This document shows positions 38,691-50,250 of a stretch of DNA of 64,000 nucleotides, piece by piece. The stretch's first letter is position 1; every line of letters starts with the position of its first letter. This DNA comes from Epiperipatus broadwayi (taxonomy: Eukaryota > Animalia > Onychophora): positions 186,001 to 250,000 of the forward strand of contig JAQFVV010000005.1 of the NCBI GenBank assembly GCA_028023455.1, read 5' to 3'. The notes beneath the pieces were generated by a model, which worked only from the letters and a program-made list of their open reading frames with translations, was not told the DNA's origin and ran no database searches. The translations under genes were made by a program, and so were the position numbers.

Positions 38691-39318
38691 TATGTATAAT
38701 TCTATTAATACAAAACAAATGGTATAAAAAACGACTTATGTATAAACCTTAATATCAAAATCAAGAGATCACTTTCTTGATTGTCAATTGTTACCATTAT
38801 ATTGACAATGTCTTCATTGCAAACTAATTTTCCAACATTGTTTTTCTAATCTTTTCTTAACATTATAAGCCGTCCTATTTCACAATTTATGGCTGTCTCT
38901 AACATATCCATAATTTATCTACCTATGACATCCAATTCCTCTAATCTTTTAATTTTTCAAAAAAAAATAAAAATCTACTTTCCACAGGTCTTTCCAAAAT
39001 ATCTTCATTCAAATTATCAATTTTACTTTCCAACAAATACATATCCAAAAACTTCTAATCCTTTATTCTTATTTATTGAAGCTGCTTCATTGTACTAAAC
39101 TAGTGAAAAGCAATAGCAAATTACATCTGATAATGACTGTAAAGTACTATGATATGGCTATATCTATCTATATTTGGGCAAGGAATATAGCATAAAGCTA
39201 TATACTTGGTTTTGCATTAGTAAAAATTTTAACCATGTAGAAATTCTTCAAGTTTGGGGAGAATTCTGTAACAATCTCTCAATTGGAGGAACTCTTGAGA
39301 ATCAAACAAAACATTCAA

Positions 39319-39613
39319 GTCTTTGGAATTTTGAAGATAACAAATACATATAAATTAACACAAATGATATGCTTTTAATGACTTAAAAGAAGAGACCAGT
39401 TCTCTCTCCAAGCTGTCTATTGCACCATGTGTTATGTATTAACATAATTTAGCTATTTAAACATTCAACAGTCTTTGGAATTTTGAAGATAACAAATACA
39501 TATAAATTAACACAAATGATATGCTTTTAATGACTTAAAAGAAGAGACCAGTTCTCTCTCCAAGCTGTCTATTGCACCATGTGTTATGTATTAACATAAT
39601 TTAGCTATTTAAA
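39319..39613. repeat. Essentially perfect 152-bp tandem duplication
   Basis: GTCTTTGGAATTTTGAAG...AGCTATTTAAAC at 39319 and 39471. Confidence 0.92.
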
Positions 39614-40349
39614 CCACAAAAAAATTTAAGGCATTAGCATATCTGGATCACGAGTTACATGAAATGTGAATCATACCTTTGTAGATCATCTTTAATGTTT
39701 TCTCTGCTACCAGAAAATCTTGCAAATCATTAAGAAACATTCTTGCACCTCATGGTCTCGCTGTCATATAGTGCGAATCATTTTCAAACACTTCGTAGAA
39801 GTTTTGAAAAATTTAAGCAAAATGTTAGCATATTCCATCATGCATTAAGACATGTAACATTCATGTAGTAACTCATAATCATACTAGCATCTTAAAATTT
39901 TTGTGAATATTTAAATTATATTGCCACGTAACAGAGATGGAGTTGCAAATATATTGGAGAGAACCAATCACCTTTTCATTGGGAAATTATCAACTCAATA
40001 CTTTGGTCAGACTGGTTTTGCACTTCACACAAGATCAAGTCTATATTGCTGGTTCTGATTGCAGTGTTGAATTGTAATTTGTTTTAAACCATTGCTGTGA
40101 TCAAATTTTGTTATAATGAACTGTTGATTGTAATTAATAATCGCTTTGTGTGCGTGTTTCTAATGAGTAGTATATATGCGGTATATTTTTTTTATGATTT
40201 GAGAGCAGGAAAAACAAGCAATTTATAATGATCATGCCATCCATTACTACTTACAGAAAATTTTTGAGTAATTTAAATTTGAAAACAAATCCATTTACTT
40301 CGTTTCTAATCACTACTCAATCCTTTTTTCTTTTAAAAATATACATTAC

Positions 40350-40571
40350 ATATAATTCTATAATTAAAACACTTCCTCTTTTCTTTTCAAAAACTTTATT
40401 TGTTGTATATATATATATCCATTTGTTCCAACTATTTTTACTTTATAGTCATTTTTCTAGATCCTTGAAAATGACTATAAAGTAAAAATAGTTGAAACGT
40501 TGGAACAAGTGAATATATATATACAACAAATAAAGTTTTTGAAAAGAGTGTTTTAATTATAGAATTATATA
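40350..40571. repeat. Foldback (near-perfect palindrome) with decayed hammerhead-like motif
   Basis: Arms 40350-40456 and 40467-40571. The right arm reads CTTGAAAA-T-GACTAT...ATAGTT-GAAACGTT. Confidence 0.75.
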
Positions 40572-40619
40572 AATTTGAAAAGTCTGTGTTTAGACTTTAT
40601 ATATTTTGGATGAAAGTTT

Positions 40620-40912
40620 TAAAAATAATTACAAAACAATATATCTGTTGTTACTGACAGAGACAATATTTTATATATTAACAAATGCCTAGCACTTTTG
40701 ACCCAAGTTCTTATCAAAGAACTAATTGATAAATGTCAAAATGGCTATTATGTAGACCATTTTGATGTTTATCGATTATCTATACACTTTATTGCCTTGA
40801 TAAGGACTTAGTTCAGTGCTAGGCATTTATATATTATTTATTTGTTCATATTATATAAAATATTGTCTCTTTCAATAACAACAGCAAAGTTGTTTTATTA
40901 CTATTATTTCAA
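40620..40912. repeat. Foldback element with a decayed hammerhead in each arm
   Basis: Right arm TGCC-TTGATAA-GGACTTAGTTC-AGTGCT-A-GGCA (40793-40825); left arm on - TTGATAA-GAACTTGGGTC-AAAAGTGCT-A-GGCA (40686-40720). Confidence 0.7.
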
Positions 40913-41532
40913 GTATAGACATCAGTGTTTGTTTATTATATTTAAAAATGGAATGTAAATATATATTACATTCTCAGGATAATAAATATGATTCAAAGAA
41001 AACTTTTTTGAATTTCTCTTAAATGTAAGGCCTAATGTTTTTGTCTTGTAATTTATTTTGGATCAAAGTTTTAAAAATAATATAAACATGTAAATACTAC
41101 ATCAATATGGATATAAGTATTCCGAATTTTTTTTAAACAGGATGCAATTTAATTTTGAGTCAAAATTCTGTATTATGCGTAAAGATAACTAACTACAAAT
41201 GGTAATGCTATATTATCATTAGCATTAGTTTGCCATTATTTAAATTTTATTTCAGCATCTCAATATTTAAAATCATTAATGAATTTTTTTGGTTGACTTT
41301 GTAGATTCCTTTACAATGTTTGTGAATAGTTTAGCTGTTTTAACAAAAAAAAAAAAAAAATCTAAATGAAATTAAACTTCTATATAAGTACAGAAGCAAT
41401 TAAATCTTTACCTCATTAAGACGAATATTTAAATAATAATTTTATATTAAAATATTTTGAATATATGACATCAACAATACACTCCACAATAAAATATAAT
41501 TTAGTACTATAGAAATTATATGGATTACGATA

Positions 41533-42470
41533 CACCTGGGTCTCGTTTTATGCGTAGATAGGTTCCAAAGAAAACCCACATTAAAAAATCGCACAAAAAT
41601 AGACCTAACCTTGAAAAATGGGGGATAGGCGCTGTAAATTTCAGAATTCGCATAAAAGCAAAGCAACAAGGAAAAAATATTTTAAAAATCGCATTAAAAA
41701 AATAAGCAAATAAAGTATGACTAATAAAAAATTTCAAATATTTGAAAAAAATTAATACAAGACCAACATTTTTTATTACTACAGTATTTAATTTTACATT
41801 TTTCATACATATTTTAATCATTACTGCTAGTGTTCTTTTGTAAACTGGAAAGAAATCAGATTCGATGTGATGTATTGTGGCTTCTCCTTAAACGAAGTCA
41901 AGAATCTCTCAGCAATTATGCCTAGAGAAACCTGTTAGCCACTTTATTTTTATTCGTGATGTGATGTACAACTAGCGCCATTTTCAGTCTTGTGCTGTGT
42001 TAATGGTTTTCTGTTTTTATATTTAAAAAATGAGATAGCATTATATATTTTCATTAGAAAGATTATTTTCAGTTTATAAAATCGTTTTTTATTTTAAAAA
42101 TCTAAGATTATTTATTTCTGTTATATATAACAAAATACGTTTTAAAAGTTTAAATTTTTTGAATATTTATTGCGATATTTTTATATGTAAGTATAAATCT
42201 ATTACTATTATTTACTCAGTATAAATATGTTATTTACATGAAAGCTAATATTCTAAATACAGCTTCAGGCCATTTTCACATTAGCTGCTAATATAACGTT
42301 ATATTTTTGAAAAAAAAAAAAAAACTATTTCAAGTCAAAATAAGTTATTAATAATTTAAATTTCTTGATATCTAATAATATAGTGAAATTTGAAAGATAT
42401 TAAAAAAAAACCTGAATCGCATAACTTCAAAATCGCATTAAAATAATCCGCATAAAACGCGACCCAGGTG
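41533..42470. mobile_element. Non-autonomous Tc1/mariner (pogo/Tigger-like) element
   Basis: TIR CACCTGGGTC(T/G)CGTTTTATGCG at both ends, TA TSD at 41531-41532 and 42471-42472, subterminal AATCGCAT repeats, no transposase. Confidence 0.88.
41863..41968 (-). mobile_element. Short 3' fragment of the ATCAC-tailed LINE nested in the MITE
   Basis: Matches the 3' UTR at 11876-11960; GATGTGATGTA on both sides. Confidence 0.8.
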
Positions 42471-42941
42471 TAATTACTAATACAATTTAATTTTTTGTTT
42501 TTAATAGACTTCTGTTAGCGCTTCAATACTATTACATGATGAAAACTATATGCACAATGTTAGTTAGGATAATCAAATAATGAGAAGCTAATAGAATAGA
42601 AATTTTTACCCAATCCAATGAGAAATTTTCATAGCCTGGTAATCTTACTGAAAAAATAAGCAAGTTCATATAATCTTAAACCAAATGTACATATAATTCA
42701 ATCTTAACATTTGGTCATTGACAAAAATAGTTTTTCATCATTTGTTACCCTCGTAACAAATTTTTATAGTATCTCAACTTTACAACCATATAATCTTTGC
42801 CAAATCATTACATCACTAAGTAACAAATATTAAGACTTATTTTATGATAATTGAAGATATATATATATATATTCTTATATATATATATAAATACAGGGAT
42901 AATATTGATTCTGCCTCACACAGTTCAGTAATTTATATTAC

Positions 42942-44112
42942 AATAAGCATCAATGATCACCATTTCTTATGCTTGCTTATAACTGTTATTAAAACAGGCA
43001 AAACTCTCTGTACATATTACCATTCAGTGCAAGCCAGAGTAATCAATGGATGCCAGAAGGCTTGTGCATAAAATCCCCATCTAGTGTCTACTCATCCAAT
43101 ATCCCCAGACTAATTTCTGGCTTGTGGCCTTTGTTAGTGAGGAACCTTGGATCTGAGGGCATCGGCACCTAGATCTCAGGATCTAATGCAACCCTCCAGC
43201 AGCCACCTTTTATCTCTACTTAACTATGAGTCTTAAACTGAAAACACTATAATATTTGCAATTCAAGCTCATTAGCTTATATAGTCATATATATCTGAAC
43301 TCATTTTAGTACCTATACATTTTGATGAATTTGGTTCTTTAATAACCATAGCCACCCCTATCCTATTAGGCAGGATTGGTTTTAAGCCAATAAAAATCAC
43401 ATAATCACCATTTCTTATGCTTGCTTATAACTGTCATTAAAACAGGCAAAACTCTCTATACATATTGCCACTCAATGCAAGCCAGAGTAATCAATGGATG
43501 CCAGTAGAAATAAAAGGTGGCTGCTGGAAGGTTGCATTAGATCCCAAGATCTAGGTGCAGTGCTCTCAGATCAAGGTTCCTCACTGACAAAGGCCACAAG
43601 CCAGAAACTAGTCCGGGGATATTGGATGAGTAGGCACTAGATGGAGATTTTATGCACAAGCCTTCTGGCATCCATTGATTATTCTGGCTTGCACTGAGTG
43701 GCAATATGTATAGTTTTCCTTGTTTTAATAACAGTTATAAGCAAGCATAAGAAATGAAGATCATGAGATATTTATTGGCTTAAAACCAATCCTGCCTAAT
43801 AAGATAGTGGTGGCTATGGTTTATTAAAGAACCAAAGTCATCAAAATGTATAGGTACTGAACTGAGTTCAGACTTATATGACTATATAAGCTAATGAGCT
43901 TGGATTGAAAATATTAGTGTTTTCAATTTAAGACTCATAGTTTTGTAGTTAAGTAGGACAAAAAGTGGCTACTGGAGGGTTGCATTAGATCCTAAGATCT
44001 AGGTGCAGTGCTCTCAGATCCTAGGCTCCTCACTGACGAAGGCCACAAGCCTTCTGGCATCCACTGATTACTCTGGTTTGCATTGAGTAGTAAAGAGTTT
44101 TGCCTGTTCTAA
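42942..44112. mobile_element. HHR repeat family A, 1.17-kb head-to-head palindromic insertion with 13-bp TSD
   Basis: TSD TAATTTATATTAC at 42929-42941 and 44113-44125. Inversion junction at about 43504. HHR motifs at 43102-43144 (-), 43578-43619 (+) and 44027-44051 (+, truncated). Unit 449 nt. Confidence 0.9.
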
Positions 44113-47100
44113 TAATTTATATTACCTGGTAAAAACTTTTTAAAATTTCATGATTGCCATATCTTATCATTTTAATATTTAATCTTTAATATATATATAT
44201 TTAAAAAAATAAACATAGTAAATACATTTAAAATCACGTTTATGTAAATACTGAAAAAATTTGTATTTTAATTAGTTTAATTTTTTCTTAAAAATTCCAC
44301 TTTTCTACTGTCTACAAGTGAAAACTTGCTTAGCAAAGGAGAGTTGGGGAATGGGAACTCATTTTTAAATTGATCAATGTATTGAATATAAAATACTTAA
44401 GTATATCAAAATTTAGTTTGAATGGTAATATATTTGAGATTTGAATCAAATTAAATAGCTTTTTTAAATAGAAAAGTGAATTTAGATATTGGTAGTACAT
44501 ATGCCAACGTATTGCTGCTTTTAACAAGTTAAAAGGCTATTTCATTACCAAGAAATTAGCTGTAAATAGAGTTGCAATTTTGCTTAATTTACTGGATTTC
44601 TTATCAAAATAATATAAAGGCATTAGAACAATTTCACTCTGTAAAATTTCAAAAAATATGATGGCAAGACCATAAGATCAATTAATATTTTATCAACTTA
44701 GTGAATGTGATAAGAAGTGGTGATCTATTTTTGCAAAATATCTTTGGATTGGTTATGTGAAACAAATGGTCAAAACAAACACTTCTGAAGAATATTTTAT
44801 TAAAAATTCAAACATGGTTTTCATGGGAGGCAGATCCATTATATTCTAGATTATTTCAAAGAGATTCTAAAAAAACTGCAATATTGTTTTCATTAGGAAG
44901 ATATGGTTGAGAATACAATAGAAAGCTACAATTACCTGAGTGAAGTTCAAATAAACAACTGTAGACCAGTGGATCACAGATTGATTTGTGTATCCATTGC
45001 AAAACTCATTTCTAATGGATTATTTTTGTTTCTTTTTATTTATTTATTAGTTCACAACATTTATTCATTCATTCAAGTAGGGCCATTCGAATTCCAGAAA
45101 AAAAGACAAATAGTTAAAAAAAAGGAAAGATTGGATGCAGACTTGCTTCACATATAATTATAAGATGAAAATGTGATTGAACAAATATACAATCCCATTT
45201 AAAAAGTTAATGCAGCAAGATGATCAATGGCATACTATGCGTATAATGGCTAAGCCTTGCATTAAATATAAATGGCTGAAGACGGTAAGACAAAACAGTA
45301 AAAAGTAAAAAAAAAATTAGAAACAAATATTAATAATTCACTATTATTACTAAATCCACCTCTTCCTTTATTGGATTTGTGTTAAGATATTAATAATTAT
45401 TAGTTATCCCTTTAAAAAAAAAAAAAAGGAAAACTTAAATTCAGAATTGATGTATATACAATTAAAATGCGATTACACAAACTCACCATCTCATTGATAC
45501 AATTAGTGCAAAAAAGAGAGCAAAACTAAGCAACAGAATAATCTAATTAAGGACATTTAATTAGGAACAAAAATATTGACTTAGTTCAATTTTATTTTAA
45601 TATTGTAAATTTGTTATCATGTTTACATTAAAGTTCACATAAACCACAATTTACCAAAATAATGGTATTTTAAATAACATGACATTCAATTAATGGAAAT
45701 CAAATAATTACTGGAAATATTATGCCCATTCATTTTGATACTGAATAATGTATATATACAAGGAACAGACATGCACAAATGTTATGTGTAAATATGATTA
45801 AATTTTAAGAATATTTAAAAGCATAATTAAAATACTTTCATTATCTATGAATTTAAAAACTCAATATACATTTTTGAGCATATAAATATGTACACTTATT
45901 AGAATATTTATAATTAAAGAATATTTGGAAAATATGTAATGCTGACATTTGGTAATATATTCCAAAGAATGTATGACTTTTTGGGCTTACTTTCAACATA
46001 GTCATCTATTGTAAATTTGAATAATTAATGAGCACTAGATAACAATGTCATGTTCAATGCCCAATGATGAAGGCAAACAATGAGAAACAAGTCTGAAAAC
46101 TTGCAAATGACACTACCATCTAGTGTTCATTATTTACTCAACCTTATAACAGATTGCTTTGGAGAAGAGTAAATTATGGCTCTTAATACAACATTTGATA
46201 AAATGAAACTATCCACAAGTATTTTAAGTAATAAAGTTTCTAAAAACTTAAGATGAAAATCTATAACACACACATGGTATCTCAAATGTTATACTGTTTT
46301 GAATGTTATAATTTAAGATATATAAATTTGTAATAATCATTTTTAAATGTTATTATCTGTATTAATTTTATTAGTCTCACAAAAGTAAATTGAGGAAAAC
46401 TACTTGCTTGGCTGCTTTGATCACTTGATTGATCTTCTTTGAAAGATAACCAAAATGATTTTTCATCAAAAGATTTATTCTTAAGTGTATTTGTTAGAAT
46501 AATAAATGCAATTATTTTGAACAGCAGTTTAATATTGTTAGTTCTAAAATTAGCTTGAATATAAGTTAAAATTTATATCTTGAAATTTCAATAATTCAAG
46601 CATAGTTTATCACTTAGCTTATTAAAATTAAAAACTGCATGAATTTAGAATATGGTATGCATACATATGATTACATGAACAAATTAATTTTATATTTGAA
46701 TAAATTGAATTTTGATTCAGTGTGATTTCAGTTATCAACTCATCACTAATTAGTTTCACAATTAAATGGTTTCTTATTAGATAGCCTACAAAGTGAACAA
46801 AATCATGTATTCAAATATCTTGTAAATTTTAGGACCAGTTTTTTTAAAAATCTACAAGCTTCTCAATGAGAGCTATTAACCTTGAATTACGTTTTCATGA
46901 TTTAGTCCTGTTATAGATTTTATAAGGTTTTTTTAAAAAAGTGTAATTTTACTAAAATATATTGCACATTTTTTGGTAGTCCCCAATATTGTAATGTATT
47001 CAAAAGATGTAACAAATTTGACATCTTTTGAATTGTACTGATTCCTGATCCTTGTAGTGTCTCAAAAAATAATATGAACATCATTCATTTTGCCTTACAA

Positions 47101-47437
47101 TATTTCAAACAATATGATGTATAGTCACTATTTACACCTCAGAGATATATCATGAGACCCACAAATAGTTTATTATTAGAGGATTTCAAGTCAAGATCAA
47201 CTCCTAACAAACGTCTGAACAGCATTTCTTCAGAATGATCAAATTGCAAAAAGGCACACTCATTGTGAAAATGAAATCCATATACTCCATCTTCTTTGAC
47301 TACCAATCTTTTCTAATGAATTATATTATCTCAATAAATTAAATAAAAAATTGTTTTAAAAATGTCAAGAAAATATTAATTCATAAAGATAAGTAGTAAC
47401 GCTTCCATACTCTGCCATTTTAAATATTACTGTAAAA

Positions 47438-47850
47438 TAATACTCATATAGTTTAAATATAAAATTTTAGCAATATTTATTGTACCAAGTATATTTTAGA
47501 CATTTCCACATCTCAGTTGAGAACATTAATTTTTTGCTGATTTAAATACTATTACTTTTTTGGTTCATTACATATTCATTTTAGATAATTCATCGGCTCT
47601 TTTATTTTGCATTTGTGATCATTCCTCTCTTCGCATAAAATTCTGATAGCACTTGGATCACAATTATGGCTGTGTTCTTTCTCGTGTTAATATGTAATGA
47701 ACCAAAAAAGTAATAGTATTCAAATCAGCAAAAAATTAATGTTCTCATCAGATTGACATGAATAGGATGTGAAAACATCAAAAGTATACTTGGTACAATA
47801 AATATTGTTATAATTTTATATTTAAATTCTGTATGAGTATTACTTTATAT
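47438..47850. repeat. Foldback / MITE-like inverted repeat
   Basis: Arms at about 47438-47575 and 47690-47850 (TAATACTCAT...TTGTACCAAGTATA...). Confidence 0.7.
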
Positions 47851-49249
47851 TAATAAAGATGTATAAAATTTGATTCATTTTTGTATCAGAGACATTCTCT
47901 AAAAATATAGATGGACATCCAAATTCAGAAAAAGCAAAAAAATCAGACAAAACAAGTCTTTTTACAATGACTATTCACCTAATCAGTGAAACACAAATTC
48001 ATCCAATATAAAACATACAAGTTCATTAAACTGTTTACTTTTGATATCTTGCAATGTTTTTAATTTCTGCATCAAGTTTTTTAAAGACTTCATGTCTAAC
48101 TGTAGGTATCCAATCTATTTTATCTGCAGTCATGTCTTTTCAATGAAAGCAGTCAATATAACAGTTCTTTACAATGTCATTGAAATAAATCAACTTTAAT
48201 GAAAACAAAACTTGTCTCTACTATGACGATCATGCTCAAATTCACCAGAAAAATACTTTTTATGAAGTGTGTCACTATTCATTCACTTCATGTCTAATCC
48301 ACTTTACAATAACAGTCTATAGAATCACATTCTACAAGGCAAAAAATTTAATGATTAGTCTCGTGATTTTACCATTGTATTTTTAGAATTTTATGAAACA
48401 TCAATATGGAAATTTTTTTTTACTTTAAATGATCAAATTTCAATGTTAAAATTTTTTAAATGTTTTAATATCAACACGGAATAATTGGAAAAATAACAAC
48501 TCTATAAATAATTAATTTACTTGCAGTAGTTGTAACACTGGTAAAATATTCTATCTTATAAATGCAGTAGCAGCACACAAATAGATATTTTATCTCAACA
48601 TTCCATCTTTCTATTTAAAAAGTTAATGTTTGAACTGATTTACACTTTCAAGCTAACAGCTATCCGGGCTAAAAATTATTAAATATTTTTCTTTTGTCAT
48701 TGGCTAATAAAGTGAGTTTTTTTTTTTTTTTACATACTAATAACTAAAGTAATATCTTTCTATATTGCTTCAAAACATTAAATTATAAATAATAATGTAG
48801 CTTAAACCACAGCACATGCGTTTTACAGATGGAACACTAGTTAAACTGAATATTCTCTTTCCAAACACAAGGTACATTCTGTAGAGCATTTTTTGAACTG
48901 GCAAGGATAATACAATCATCAGCAGACTAACTTCAGAAGCCAAAAACATAATTTTTGCTTTTAAACAGATCAAATTGAAATCTTAAATAATTAAAGCTAT
49001 CTTGCATAGTGGTGCCGATTTTATTAAGCTCCCTATAATTTCTTAATGACTAGTGCTATAAAAATGGGAATAAACTAGCAGCTAGTTTACATTATTATTT
49101 AACACAGCTTTCAATTGTTTCAGATTTTCTATCAATAATAATGACAGCATAATACAAATAAATTTTGATTATCAATCAACTAATTTCAAACACTGCCATA
49201 GACCTATGTAATCAAGTTAAATCCCTTGAATAAAACAATAAAAGTAAAT

Positions 49250-50250
49250 ACAAATCATTTCTTTATTCTTGACACTTTTTTTGCATATACCTGGCAACAA
49301 AGACCATGCTTAAAGTTCTTTTATTTTCTACACTCAAAACAGAATCTCTAGTAGCTATTCATATATAACCGGAAGCAAAATCCTTCAAGTTATCTTTTTG
49401 TTGTATTACAATCTGTAGTATTACTGCTAAACCAATTATTTTTATAAATTGGAATAATAAAAACAAGTTTAATATCAGATGGTAAGTCATAAGTACATAT
49501 ATTACTTTAAAAATTCCAATAGTTTTGAAGTAATCTTATCACAACTATATTTTAAAATTTCAATTATCTCATCAAGTTATGAAGCCTTTTGATTTTAAAG
49601 TCTATAAAATGATGTTTTAATTTCACCGAGCTGGATATTTTTATCCAAATCTGAAGGAGTAACTATGATGGAGGGCATCAATAAAAAGTCATTTTAATTC
49701 TTACATCATTATTCAAAAGATGATCATAATAATCCATCCATCTATACGAAATATATATATAAAGCCATCCAAAAATATTATATAATTTTCCAGGATTATG
49801 GATTATTTTCAATGTGTTTAAAAAGATCTAAATTGATAACAGAATCTCTTTTACAGTTTTAATCCATTAATCATTTTATAATTAATTGTTGACTTTCTTC
49901 AGTTAATTAAATCTCTATATTGGTTGTAAAGCTCCATATTCAGTTAACTATTCTGCTAATTAGAAAATGATTAATCAAGTCATTAACAATAGAATCATTG
50001 TCAAAGAACTGTCAGAATTCTTTTTAATGAAACCAAGACTTCATAAAAAATTCCAAACTTCAGTAATTTGATAAATCTGAGCACCATATTTGTGTTCAAT
50101 TAATAAGTATCAAAATTGGGCAGTTAGATGTTTCTAAAGAAATAACATGGGATTTATTAATGTTAAATAATCATTTCATATTAAAATAAGATTAATGTTG
50201 GATATTAAATCTTAAAATATTGGATATTTATAAAATGTTAATTGGAAAGC
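49250..50250 (-). mobile_element. Heavily decayed LINE remnant
   Basis: LDKNIQLGEIKTSFYRL*NQKAS*LDEIIEILK resembles the pre-RT motif EI...LK..KA.G.D.I..E.LK. Confidence 0.4.

Noticed and set aside
44784-44820. CTGAAGA...CAAACATG motif
   Set aside because: GAAA is absent and the pairing is explained by AT richness.
44903-45157. ORF resembling a host exon
   Set aside because: QINNCRPV...LICVSIAKL looks like a decayed LINE RT motif and runs into low-complexity sequence.
46950-48330. Coding-like minus-strand stretches around the foldback
   Set aside because: Many stops and no recognisable family motif; probably a decayed transposon, but I cannot assign it.
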